Shown piece after piece: positions 1 to 9,090 of a stretch of DNA of 37,325 bases. Position 1 is the first letter of the stretch. Each line of letters starts with the position of its first letter. Source of the DNA: an uncultured archaeon (GTDB taxonomy: Archaea > Asgardarchaeota > Hermodarchaeia > Hermodarchaeales > Hermodarchaeaceae); NCBI GenBank assembly GCA_964347045.1, contig CAYFXC010000004.1, positions 129,660 through 166,984 on the forward strand, in the 5' to 3' direction. Both the position numbers and the translations under genes were made by a program. The notes below the pieces were generated by a model. It saw nothing but the letters and a program-made list of their open reading frames with translations. It did not search any database and was not told where the DNA came from.

Positions 1-829
1 TCGGAGCAGCAGGGTGCGCATCCGGAAGCCAGGTTGACAGAGGAGCAATTGCGGCTTTTACCCCAAACCCGATGACAAGACCCACAATTGTAAAGATGAG
101 AATCCCATAGATTGCAGATGTTGCGGGTGGTGGACCAACAAGAATCGTGCTGATCACGAGAGCTATTTCATAGAGATTGATGGTCCCGGTTAATCCGTAA
201 AGAACAGACATGGTGAACAATATCAACGTTGAACCGATTGCACTGAGTAAAAGATATTTGATGCCCGCTTCGAGGGGCTCAGCTTCATCTCTTCGGAAGG
301 CAACAAGCACGTAGCTGCTGATGGACATGGTTTCCCAGAGGATGAATAGAGTGAAGAAGTCGCCAGCAGCTACAACACCGATCATTCCACCCACCAATGA
401 GAGTAATAAAGCGTAATAGAGTGGGAGGCGCGTATCATGTTCCATGTACTTGATGGAGTATAGGGCAACGAACAATGCAAGAGTGAGGAAAATGACTGAG
501 ATGTATACAGATAGAATGTCAATACGGAAAAAGGTGGCACCAGTTGCAGCGCTATATGCGCCTGGTGGCCAATACCATATTTCAATAGGAATCCACCCAT
601 TGTGGAAGAGTTCCCAATAGAGACCATAGGTTGAGCCCCACGGTGTTACTATTTGGAAAGGAAATATTACGAAGAGTAAGCTAACGATGAAGAAGAGAGC
701 GGCTAGGGCGCCTAGTAATGTTTTATGTCGATCTTGCCAGAATTTGCCAATGAGCGCAATGATTAGTGCTCCAACGAAAGGTAGCCAAAGGGGTGTTAGT
801 TGAATCCATTCTATGGGTCCAATTGCCAT
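1..829 (-). CDS. nuoN: NuoN/MrpD-family antiporter-like membrane subunit (3' end runs off the window)
   Basis: Not in the ORF track; translated by hand. ATG at 829 follows a GGAGG RBS and gives MAIGPIEWIQLTPLWLPFVGALIIAL...DFFTLFILWETMSISSYVLVAF...EAGIKY...GFGVKAAIAPLSTWLPDAHPAAP. Directly downstream of nuoM. Confidence 0.88.
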   Translation of the reverse strand, partial: MAIGPIEWIQLTPLWLPFVGALIIALIGKFWQDRHKTLLGALAALFFIVSLLFVIFPFQIVTPWGSTYGLYWELFHNGWIPIEIWYWPPGAYSAATGATFFRIDILSVYISVIFLTLALFVALYSIKYMEHDTRLPLYYALLLSLVGGMIGVVAAGDFFTLFILWETMSISSYVLVAFRRDEAEPLEAGIKYLLLSAIGSTLILFTMSVLYGLTGTINLYEIALVISTILVGPPPATSAIYGILIFTIVGLVIGFGVKAAIAPLSTWLPDAHPAAP

Positions 830-845
830 CTTTTTTCAGCCTCCA

Positions 846-2411
846 TTATGGGGGAACAAGGGGTAATCCTGGGGGGAACCAAGGGAATTGTTGCGTTAGC
901 GCTACAAAGATCGGGTTCACGACTATCATGGGCCAAAGACCAATGATGACGATAAGTGCCGTCAATAGAATCATAGGGAGTCGCATACTCCATGGACTAT
1001 CGGTGATGTTTTCTAGGTCAGCAGGAGTCTCACCAAAGAAAACACGTTTCACAAACCATAAGATGTAGGCAGCAGTCAGAGCAGATGCAGCTACTGCAAA
1101 AATTACAAGCCAAATCGTGTAGGCAAATGCGGCTCCAGCAAAGATGAAGAATTCTGAGAAGAATCCGGCCAATGGTGGAGTTCCTGCAATACTTAATCCA
1201 GCAATTAGCGCAATTGTGGCGGTCCAAGGCATCTTCTTGGCTAGACCGCGCATCGCATTGATGTCTCGACCGCGTTGATGACCAACTTGGACGATAAGAA
1301 TGCCAGCGACCATGAACAAGAGGCCTTTGCCAAGTGCGTGAGTAAAAATGTGAAAGCTAGCACCTGCTACACCAAGTAAAACAGCAGTTCCTAAACCGAA
1401 GAAGATGTAGCCCATCTGGGAGATGGATGAGTAAGCAAAGAGACGTTTAGTGTCTTTTTGAGCAAGTGCCATGATCCCACCATAGAACATGGTGATGATT
1501 CCGAAGATCATTATGATCAATACAAAGGCTCCAAATGCAGGGAGCATGTAACCCATTAAAATCCGCACAATCGCGTAAGCAGCAGTAGCAATCATGACAC
1601 CGGATAAAATTGCACTTATGGGGGTGGGTGCTTCAGCGTGGGCGTCGGGTAACCATGAGTGGATAGGAAAGACCGCCATTTTCACAGCAAAGCCTATCGT
1701 TAAGAGGATAACCAGAATCTTGGTAATTTCAAAGAAGGGAGCGGTAAATGTTGAAGGGATTCCACCGGGCCAAATCCAACTTAGGTCGATATAGGGTGTT
1801 ATTCCAACTCCTGAGAAGTCATATAGGTTGAGTGTTGCAACGCCTCCATAGGCGGAGAGTGCATACATTCCAGCGATACCAACGATGATAAGTACAGCAC
1901 CGACATGAGTGTAGATGAAATACTTTAGGGCGATGTTAGTTGATTGGGGTTTAGTTCCCCATTCAGCGATGAGGAAGTAGCTGGGGATGAGCATTAGCTC
2001 CCAGAGGATGTAGAACTGGAAGAGGTTGGTGGCAATTACTACACCGAAAATTCCTGCATTGTACAATAGTAGTAAAGCATAGTACTTCCCATGACCATGT
2101 TCTTTCTGCATATACACTATCGAATAGACAGTGGCAGCCAAAGTAAGAATGATAACAATTCCTGCAACCGTAACACTTAGTCCGTCAAGAACCCAACCAA
2201 AGAGGAAAGGTCCCCAGATGAACGGTTCGGCATAGACGCCATTTAATACTACTTCCCACCAAGCCAAACCATAGGTGATCAGACAAGCAAGCATAATTAG
2301 GACAGCGAATATGCCGGAGTAGCGTCCGCTACGCCGTCCAACTAAGTAAGCAATAAGTGATCCAAAGATCATGAGCAACATGGTGATTGTGAGCCAGGGT
2401 AAAAGCGCCAT
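846..2411 (-). CDS. nuoM: NuoM/FpoM-like antiporter subunit
   Basis: FYILWELMLIPSYFLI, FAVKMAVFPIHSWLPDAHAEAPTPISAILSG, YSSISQMG and PPLAGFFSEF motifs; lies between L and N. Confidence 0.92.
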   Translation of the reverse strand: MALLPWLTITMLLMIFGSLIAYLVGRRSGRYSGIFAVLIMLACLITYGLAWWEVVLNGVYAEPFIWGPFLFGWVLDGLSVTVAGIVIILTLAATVYSIVYMQKEHGHGKYYALLLLYNAGIFGVVIATNLFQFYILWELMLIPSYFLIAEWGTKPQSTNIALKYFIYTHVGAVLIIVGIAGMYALSAYGGVATLNLYDFSGVGITPYIDLSWIWPGGIPSTFTAPFFEITKILVILLTIGFAVKMAVFPIHSWLPDAHAEAPTPISAILSGVMIATAAYAIVRILMGYMLPAFGAFVLIIMIFGIITMFYGGIMALAQKDTKRLFAYSSISQMGYIFFGLGTAVLLGVAGASFHIFTHALGKGLLFMVAGILIVQVGHQRGRDINAMRGLAKKMPWTATIALIAGLSIAGTPPLAGFFSEFFIFAGAAFAYTIWLVIFAVAASALTAAYILWFVKRVFFGETPADLENITDSPWSMRLPMILLTALIVIIGLWPMIVVNPIFVALTQQFPWFPPGLPLVPP

Positions 2412-2422
2412 CTTGTATCACC

Positions 2423-4588
2423 TCAAGGTAGGAAGGGAATGGGTATGAGTAGCACGCCTCCTATGAACTGAAACAGCAACAGAAGAATTAGGAGGACAAG
2501 AGCCCCGATGAGCAGTAGAATCATGTTCCAACTGTGGACACCGGTTTGAATTCGACGCCACCAACGGCTCAAACCAACTGAGCCATTAGCGATTGCATAA
2601 TTGGCACCGTCAATGCCTTTCATTTCAATTTTATTGTACATTCCACGGGCGAATGCAATGCCCCCATCGACGAAGATTTTGTACATGAGTGCATTCCAGT
2701 ACCAGCGATGATCTAAGAATTTGTAGAGACCACCAAGGACACCACGTCCCACGAACTCTGGACTCCAACTTCGTCGGATGTAGAACATATATCCGAGAAG
2801 CCCACCAACTAGTACGATAAGAAGTGAGAGGTAAAAGGTTGGTGACACAACTAAAGCTTGGAACATGTGGAGGTATTCCTCGAGTATGGTTCCAAGATGA
2901 GGAGTATGGGGAATTAGCGGATATTGAGTGCCCCAAAAAGTATAGAAGTATTGGCGGAAGAAGGGCTCAAGGAACCCCACAATAATTGTCGCAACAGCGA
3001 GAATTGCTAGGGGAATCCACATAACACCGGGGGGATCGTGTGCCGGATGACCTTCCGCTTCAAGGGTTTGAATATTTTTGCTTGGTTCACCATAGAATGT
3101 GAGACCAAACATCCTAAAGGCATAAAAGATTGTCATCACGGCCGTGATGGAACCAAAGAAGAGGAATATCCAGCCCCAGATACTACCCAACAGCCCAAGC
3201 TCATATGCTGACGTGAGGATTATTTCTTTACTCCAAAAAGCACCAATGAATGGAAATCCACTCAAAGAGAGAACACCGATCAGCATCACAAGCCAAGTAA
3301 TTGGCATCAGTTTTCGGAGACCACCCATATCAGTCATGTATTTGCTATTAACAGCATGAAGCACTGCGCCTGCAGAAAGAAAGAGCAGGGCTTTGAAGAC
3401 AGCATGAGCAGCTAAATGGAAGACCCCTGCAGTATACCCAAGGACACCGTCAGCGGTGAAAGCAAAGATACCGAGTGCCATGAACATGTAACCTAACTGG
3501 CTAATGGTACTGAAAGCGAGGACCTTTTTCAGTTCCTTGGATGTGAGAGCCATCGTGGCTGCCATGAACGCTGTGAACATTCCAATAATGGCCACGATGA
3601 GGAAGAAGTTATTTAGCACAATTGCCGCAATTGTTCCAGCAGATGCAAAGAATGCTGAAACCAGTATGGGAGACATTCGGGCAATCAGATAAACTCCGGC
3701 TTTTACCATAGCTGCGGCATGAATAAGAGCGGACACAGTAGTTGGACCAGCCATGGCTTCAGGGAGCCAGAACTGTAGGGGGAATTGGGCACTTTTGCCT
3801 ATTGGGCCGAGAAAGAAGAACAAAAATACTCCAAATAGAAGCATTCCGTCTAGAATCACAGCCAGGTTGAATAGCCACGTAAAATCATAGAGTAGCACTT
3901 GATAGCTAAGTGTAGGATTACCTGCTGATACAGTAAAGAAGAAAATGAAAACAATAGCAATGAGCAACCCAATATCACCGATGCGGGTTACGATGAAGGC
4001 TTTCATCCCGCTGTGGGAGTTGAGTTGGCCTTCTGTGACGTCACCAAGCTGTTGGTCGTAGACCATGTTCGTTCGATTGTACCAGAATCCGATCAATGCA
4101 TATGAACAGAGCCCAACAATTTCCCAGCCAATGAAAGTGACAAAGAGGGTATTTGCCATCACTAATAGTGTCATGCCACCAATGAACAATTGCATTAAGA
4201 ACCAGTATCGTGTGAGCGCTGCATCACCTTTCATATAGCCAAGACTATACACAAGAATGAGGAAGCCAATCCCCGTGGCGATACAAGCCATGAATACGGA
4301 TAAAGGATCTACGAGCATACCAAATTGAACAGTACCTACAATTGGAATTGTAATCCAATCATATGAGGTTTCGAACCATAATAGCCATGGGTCCGAAACT
4401 GTACCGCCAATCCAAGCAGCTCCTGACCAGATGTAGGGAAGCATGGACAACGCCATAATCATACCTAGGAGACCAAAGAGTATGGCTCCATAGTCACGAA
4501 GTTTTGGATGGATTTTTGCAAAGATTGGGGTCAGGAGAGCCCCAATGATTGGGAACAACCAGGAAAGCCAAGCAGCGTAAGGTAGCAT
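2423..4588 (-). CDS. nuoL: NuoL/FpoL-like antiporter subunit
   Basis: GWEIVGLCSYALIGFW, KAFIVTRIGD, GKSAQFPLQFWLPEAMAGPTTVSALIHAAAMVKAG, HAVFKALLFL and FWSKE motifs; long C-terminal lateral-helix region ending IQTG plus a TM helix. Confidence 0.95.
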   Translation of the reverse strand: MLPYAAWLSWLFPIIGALLTPIFAKIHPKLRDYGAILFGLLGMIMALSMLPYIWSGAAWIGGTVSDPWLLWFETSYDWITIPIVGTVQFGMLVDPLSVFMACIATGIGFLILVYSLGYMKGDAALTRYWFLMQLFIGGMTLLVMANTLFVTFIGWEIVGLCSYALIGFWYNRTNMVYDQQLGDVTEGQLNSHSGMKAFIVTRIGDIGLLIAIVFIFFFTVSAGNPTLSYQVLLYDFTWLFNLAVILDGMLLFGVFLFFFLGPIGKSAQFPLQFWLPEAMAGPTTVSALIHAAAMVKAGVYLIARMSPILVSAFFASAGTIAAIVLNNFFLIVAIIGMFTAFMAATMALTSKELKKVLAFSTISQLGYMFMALGIFAFTADGVLGYTAGVFHLAAHAVFKALLFLSAGAVLHAVNSKYMTDMGGLRKLMPITWLVMLIGVLSLSGFPFIGAFWSKEIILTSAYELGLLGSIWGWIFLFFGSITAVMTIFYAFRMFGLTFYGEPSKNIQTLEAEGHPAHDPPGVMWIPLAILAVATIIVGFLEPFFRQYFYTFWGTQYPLIPHTPHLGTILEEYLHMFQALVVSPTFYLSLLIVLVGGLLGYMFYIRRSWSPEFVGRGVLGGLYKFLDHRWYWNALMYKIFVDGGIAFARGMYNKIEMKGIDGANYAIANGSVGLSRWWRRIQTGVHSWNMILLLIGALVLLILLLLFQFIGGVLLIPIPFLP

Positions 4589-4607
4589 TTTTCTGTTTCA
4601 CCCCAGG

Positions 4608-4943
4608 TTAATGGCGTAGTTTGTTGAGTTTTCGGATATCGAGGGTTCCGAATTTGTTGTAAGCGCGAATAAAGAACGCCAAGGCAATTGCGATTACACC
4701 ACCACCAATACAAATACTGACGATGACAATCGCTTGAGCCATTAAATCAATATAGAATCCCGACCAAGCCGTTGCGAAGGTTATGAAGTTTAAATGGGCT
4801 CCGTCGAGTAATAACTCCAATGCGATGAGGAATTTGATCATGTTCCGCTTTGTTGCCATACCATAGATTCCAACGGCATATAGAAAGACGGCTAAGATGA
4901 GAAACGTGGCAAGCGGGATACCTAAGATATCAAGATACGACAT
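4608..4943 (-). CDS. nuoK: NuoK/MrpC(MbhG)-family small membrane subunit
   Basis: 3 TM helices; NMIKFLIALELLL (NuoK Glu) plus MrpC-like QAIVIVSICIG...RAYNKFGTLDI. Confidence 0.88.
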   Translation of the reverse strand: MSYLDILGIPLATFLILAVFLYAVGIYGMATKRNMIKFLIALELLLDGAHLNFITFATAWSGFYIDLMAQAIVIVSICIGGGVIAIALAFFIRAYNKFGTLDIRKLNKLRH

Positions 4944-4949
4944 TTTGCC

Positions 4950-5261
4950 TTACTCCTTCTCCTCTTTATCAGAGGATTCTTTGGTCACTTCATAGAAGAA
5001 AGCGGAACTGGCCAAAGCTGCCGCAAACAAAAACACGCCTAATAAGACCATATCGATACCACGATAATGCCACAAAATTTCACTCAAAGCCTGAATCATG
5101 GCATATACATTATCAGGTGACGACAAAAACCGCGTCGCCCAAGCTGTGGGATCAATAACCACACTGGGATCCAAGTAGAGCCCAGCAGCCATTGCAATCA
5201 CCCATGCCGTAATAATGCCAAATATTAGGGTAAGAGTGCAGCCAATGATTTTGATTCTCAT
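4950..5261 (-). CDS. Stand-alone C-terminal half of NuoJ (MbhE-like/FpoJ2-like)
   Basis: Hydrophobic 103 aa; ILWHYRGID resembles the D(Y/F)RGFD motif of MrpA/MrpB/MbhE; between J1 and K with an overlapping start/stop. Confidence 0.72.
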   Translation of the reverse strand: MRIKIIGCTLTLIFGIITAWVIAMAAGLYLDPSVVIDPTAWATRFLSSPDNVYAMIQALSEILWHYRGIDMVLLGVFLFAAALASSAFFYEVTKESSDKEEKE

Positions 5262-5632
5262 CAGACGTCCTCCTCTTCAATTTCACCCGTACCACGACGC
5301 GTCGTTAATGAAATTCCTGAAATAACAATCACAGTTACAGCTCCGGCATAGATTGCGAGTTGGAAAAAGGCAACCCAGATAGCAAAGAGCACCAGATAAA
5401 GCAGGGCAAGGGTGACAGCGGAGCCGGCAAGGTAAAGGGCTGCATGTAGTAGATCTTTATCTTCAATTGCCAGAACGGCAAAAATCGCAGTCATTATAAT
5501 GAGAATGTAAACAGCATACATACTCAAATGCAGTCCTGTAACGAAATAATCAAGTGCAAAAAGCAGAAGAATAACGGTGCTTAGAAATATAAGGCCTAAA
5601 AGACCAATTCCCACTTTACGTGATAACGACAT
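5261..5632 (-). CDS. nuoJ: N-terminal half of NuoJ (MbhD-like/FpoJ1-like)
   Basis: DLLHAALYL...AIWVAFFQLAIYAGAVTV matches the NuoJ 'Q..IYAGA' motif; GGTGA RBS. Confidence 0.82.
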   Translation of the reverse strand: MSLSRKVGIGLLGLIFLSTVILLLFALDYFVTGLHLSMYAVYILIIMTAIFAVLAIEDKDLLHAALYLAGSAVTLALLYLVLFAIWVAFFQLAIYAGAVTVIVISGISLTTRRGTGEIEEEDV

Positions 5633-5644
5633 CGTTAGTCACCG

Positions 5645-5657
5645 GTAACTTTGTTAC
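5645..5657. promoter_or_regulatory. Palindrome GTAAC-TTT-GTTAC, candidate operator of the nuoJ-N operon
   Basis: Perfect 5-3-5 inverted repeat between a minus-strand TTTTAT box (~5685-5690) and the RBS; same TAAC-N3-GTTA core at 33743 and 37187. Confidence 0.4.
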
Positions 5658-5811
5658 ATAGACCCGCTTTTTGCAAGGTTCTGCATAAAAGTGTGACTGG
5701 TGTTTGAACTTTTTGGGGCTATCCCCCTTCGCCTTCTTTTTTTGCTAATTTAATGAAAATGATTATACGAGAGGAACCTCCCATACCAACAGAAGCCTGT
5801 TTCATGGAGGA

Positions 5812-6369
5812 TTGCTTACGGTTTCATTACCCCCCACTATTTCTGTATTTGGATACAAAGACTCAGGAAAAACCACTGTAACTACTCGGATAATTAGACA
5901 CCTCGTTGGGCAAAGCCTTCGTGTGCTAAGTGCGAAACATGTGGGAGAACCTACGTTTTCATTGGATTCAACAGGAACCGACTCGCAGCGACACCTAGAA
6001 GCAGGGGCAAAGGCAACGTTTCTTCATAGCGAAGGCTCAACTGCACTTCTTCTTCAACAACCCATCGCTAATCTCAAGGAATTACTGGGTTATGGAATCA
6101 CAGCTATTCCTGCTGATGTTATTGTACTAGAAGGATTTCGTTTTTGGACCCAAAAAAATCCACACATTGCGAAAATTATCTGCATCCGTACAATAAGCGA
6201 GATAGCTGAATTTCAGGCCGCAACCACCAACCCCATCCTTGGGCAATGCACTCTTCATCCTGATATTTCATCTGTGATTCGAATCCCTGATGAATTTCCC
6301 TTCCTTTTGGAAGCGATTGATAAATGGCTTCTCACAGCACCATCTATTCCCATTGGTGAAGATAAATGA
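5812..6369 (+). CDS. mobB: Molybdopterin-guanine dinucleotide biosynthesis protein B
   Basis: P-loop GYKDSGKTT, KH, D..GTDS.RH..AGA and DVIVLEGF motifs. Confidence 0.88.
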   Translation: MLTVSLPPTISVFGYKDSGKTTVTTRIIRHLVGQSLRVLSAKHVGEPTFSLDSTGTDSQRHLEAGAKATFLHSEGSTALLLQQPIANLKELLGYGITAIPADVIVLEGFRFWTQKNPHIAKIICIRTISEIAEFQAATTNPILGQCTLHPDISSVIRIPDEFPFLLEAIDKWLLTAPSIPIGEDK

Positions 6370-6533
6370 CTCCTGATGAAAGAAAAACTACACTCATTAT
6401 ATTTGATCGTGAAATTGGAATCAACGAGTACGTTGACAAACTCCTACAAACGGTGGTCCTTGCAGTTGTATCCACCCTTCGAGCACCAAAGCCAAAAGGA
6501 ACAGAGAAAGTTAGAATCGAAATCAGTGATTAA
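6366..6533 (+). CDS. 55-aa protein resembling the C-terminal domain of archaeal MobB
   Basis: Below the ORF-track cutoff; ATGA overlap with the mobB stop; MTPDERKTTLIIFDREIGINEYVDKLLQTVVLAVVSTLRAPKPKGTEKVRIEISD. Confidence 0.7.
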   Translation: MTPDERKTTLIIFDREIGINEYVDKLLQTVVLAVVSTLRAPKPKGTEKVRIEISD

Positions 6534-6646
6534 CAAACAATTGGAAAATTAGCACAAGAATATGTTCCATCTTATCCAACACCTTAAAGCTATCCAGCTT
6601 GAATAGCAAATGCACATTTACGCAGTGTTAGAATCTGAAAGAAAAA

Positions 6647-6672
6647 GTTCCTTCAGGAACAAGCCTTTTATA
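6647..6672 (+). promoter_or_regulatory. Candidate promoter of the A-B-C operon with an upstream palindrome
   Basis: GTTCCT-TC-AGGAAC (6647-6660) sits 5 bp upstream of TTTTATA (6666-6672), ~55 bp before the nuoA ATG. Confidence 0.45.
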
Positions 6673-6727
6673 CAAAGCCAAACCCTTGAACAGCTAACAA
6701 GCCAAAAACCCATGGTGAACGCAGAAA

Positions 6728-7069
6728 ATGCAAGTTGATTATTTCAGCTGGCAAAACAACATTGGTAATGTTGGCTGGTTTCTCGCTGCCTTCGGCGTCG
6801 TTCTTCTAATCATTCTTCTCATGTACTGGGTCGGCAAGCGCATTGCACCCAACAACCCCACAAAGGAAAAGACAACAACCTATGCTTGTGGCGAAGACCT
6901 CCCACCATCAAAAGCACAATTTCACACCCATCTAATCCGATACGCTGTTTATTTCACTATCTTTGATATCGTTGCATTTATCCTTGCAACATCGTTGGGT
7001 GTCCTTGGATGGGTGCCAATCATCTTCTTAGCTGTCGCATTCTTCGCGATCATTATTCTGCGAAAATAA
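6728..7069 (+). CDS. nuoA: NuoA/FpoA-like subunit
   Basis: TM-loop with K.TTYACGE, then YAVYFTIFDI; GGTGA RBS. Confidence 0.9.
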   Translation: MQVDYFSWQNNIGNVGWFLAAFGVVLLIILLMYWVGKRIAPNNPTKEKTTTYACGEDLPPSKAQFHTHLIRYAVYFTIFDIVAFILATSLGVLGWVPIIFLAVAFFAIIILRK

Positions 7070-7088
7070 ATGAAAGAAGTGAAACACA

Positions 7089-7523
7089 ATGGGTATTGTT
7101 GATAAAATCGTAACATGGGCACGCATCAAATCCCCCTGGGTCCTTCACTTGAACAGTGGCGGATGTAACGGTTGTGACATTGAGGTTCTTGATGCACTTA
7201 CACCCCGATATGACTTGGAAAGGTTTGGGGTCTTGCTGAAAGGCAGTCCACGCCATGCTGATGTACTTTTGTGTAGTGGTCCAATCACAAAACAAACCGC
7301 GAAACGATTCTTAAGGATTTACAATCAAACCCCGGATCCGAAGTTTGTCGTTGGTATTGGTGCATGCACAATGTCAGGAGGCGTGTTCCGAGAATGCTAT
7401 AATGTCACAGGTGGTCTAGATGGCGTTGTTCCCGTGGATGCATGGATTCCTGGATGCCCACCTAAGCCAGAGGCAATTATCTATGGCGTGGCCGCCTTGC
7501 TCGGTAAACTAGCAGGTAAATGA
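7089..7523 (+). CDS. NuoB-family Fe-S small subunit, group 4 [NiFe]-hydrogenase type
   Basis: HLNSGGCNGCDIE (CxxC, not the tandem CC of NuoB/FpoB), RYDLERFG, SPRHAD, IGAC and IPGCPPKPE motifs. Confidence 0.9.
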   Translation: MGIVDKIVTWARIKSPWVLHLNSGGCNGCDIEVLDALTPRYDLERFGVLLKGSPRHADVLLCSGPITKQTAKRFLRIYNQTPDPKFVVGIGACTMSGGVFRECYNVTGGLDGVVPVDAWIPGCPPKPEAIIYGVAALLGKLAGK

Positions 7524-7555
7524 GACTTTCAAAGAATTCTTGGAGGAAACAAGGT

Positions 7556-8053
7556 ATGGCGAAAGAAGAAAAACCCCCGAAAAAGCCGACGAAAAAAGAA
7601 GCGGGAATGATGGCTGAGATTGAAAAAGCCATGGGCAACGATTTCATTTCTTCAGAATTTTTACGGCCCCATAGTATCTATGTTACCGTTAAAGCCGAAG
7701 CAGTCCGCAAAACAGTAGAATGGATGAAACAAGAATGGGGTTTAACCCATCTTTCTTCGATTACTGGCATGGATTTACGGGGGGAACTAGCCGTCATTTA
7801 TCACTTCGAAGTAAAAGCCGTATCAGTGAGTTTGCATATTCAGGTTCCCACTTCGCATCCAGATGTGGATTCTATCACTCCATTAATTCCCGGCGCAACG
7901 TTGTATGAACGCGAGGTCCACGACCTTTTAGGCATAAAATTCAAAGGGCACCCGAACCTTGAACGGTTAATCTTGCCTGAAGATTGGCCCAAGGATGTCT
8001 ATCCGCTCCGTAAGGATTGGGAATCTCCAAGGCTTGACAAACCAAAGGAGTAA
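7556..8053 (+). CDS. nuoC: NuoC/FpoC-like (MbhK-like) subunit
   Basis: HLSSITGMD, YEREVHDLLGIKFKGHP and LPEDW..DVYPLRKD motifs. ATG 7556 follows GGAGG; the ORF is open from 7520. Confidence 0.9.
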   Translation: MAKEEKPPKKPTKKEAGMMAEIEKAMGNDFISSEFLRPHSIYVTVKAEAVRKTVEWMKQEWGLTHLSSITGMDLRGELAVIYHFEVKAVSVSLHIQVPTSHPDVDSITPLIPGATLYEREVHDLLGIKFKGHPNLERLILPEDWPKDVYPLRKDWESPRLDKPKE

Positions 8054-8136
8054 CTGGAAACCAACATCCAGCAATTTTCTTGAGACAATAGCTGATAGTG
8101 AAGGAACTGTTGTGTGGCATTCAACACCCAGTTCAG

Positions 8137-8994
8137 TTATTTGGGTTTAGTTCCCAATTTTGTAATCTTGCCCACAGTTCCGTCGTTAAAGTGCGGAGAA
8201 CGATGCAACGTGTCGCCATATTTTTCCAGTTCTCGAGCTTCATCCGCAAGGATTGCAGCTATTCGCATCATTTCATGTGCACTCGCAACCGTAGGAATGT
8301 ATTTCTCATGTTCTTTTTGCCTAAAGCAGCCCTTGATATTAATAGGAGCCACGGCAGTAGCTATTTCATAAGCAGCCATGGCCTTAGCTTTAGCGTAGGG
8401 ATTTGTAAACTTCCCAGCATTGACCGCGCGAGTGGCATTGATAACAAGGGTTGGAAGTTTAGGGGTTTTTCCAGCCATAATACTTGCAATGACTTCATCT
8501 AATGCAAGCTGTACACAACGAAGCGCACCGGTTGCAGCTAAAACTCGAATAACATCTGCGTTAAAGAGGGCCATCTCAGTGGGATCTAAAAACTCACGTC
8601 GTGCCCCGATCATGGAATCTGCAGGGAGTAGAATATATCCAAAACCAGCTTCGCTTAAAACTTCTCGTTGATCTTTAGGCAAAAGATCAGATAACAGGAT
8701 AACAGGGATGCCTGCTTCCTTTATGAGTTCTCTGGCAATTGTAGGACCTTTGAGCGCTGCATTCGGACTAGGAATGAGTACAAAGTGAGGTTTTTGTTCA
8801 ATAAGCAGTTTTGCGCTGCGTTCTGCTGCTTCAATACCCATTTTAGCCCCCGAGCCAATCAGAACTACATCGAAATTTTCTCGTTCGGCCCGTTCATCAA
8901 ATAGAAATTCAAGCAAGGGGGATGTTCCGATATTACCCAGTTTTAAGACACCAAGGAGAAAAGGTGTGGAACTCAAAGCATGACCACCATCCAT
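8137..8994 (-). CDS. mtd: F420-dependent methylene-tetrahydromethanopterin dehydrogenase
   Basis: KLGNIGTS, DERAERE, SPNAALKGP, DSMIGARREFLDPTEMALFNAD, NPYAKAKAMAA and ASAHEMMR motifs. Likely true start TTG 8976. Confidence 0.96.
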   Translation of the reverse strand: MDGGHALSSTPFLLGVLKLGNIGTSPLLEFLFDERAERENFDVVLIGSGAKMGIEAAERSAKLLIEQKPHFVLIPSPNAALKGPTIARELIKEAGIPVILLSDLLPKDQREVLSEAGFGYILLPADSMIGARREFLDPTEMALFNADVIRVLAATGALRCVQLALDEVIASIMAGKTPKLPTLVINATRAVNAGKFTNPYAKAKAMAAYEIATAVAPINIKGCFRQKEHEKYIPTVASAHEMMRIAAILADEARELEKYGDTLHRSPHFNDGTVGKITKLGTKPK

Positions 8995-9090
8995 TTTATT
9001 TCCATAAGAGGACTAGCAGCTTCTGGCGTGGTTTACTGAGAAAAGTGTTTACCTTCTTAGGCGTTTGTCAAAAATAATGTGCCAATATGG

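Noticed and set aside
382-627. 81-aa minus-strand ORF in the track
   Set aside because: It is an alternate frame inside the real nuoN-like gene (1..829), which the track omitted because it runs off the window.
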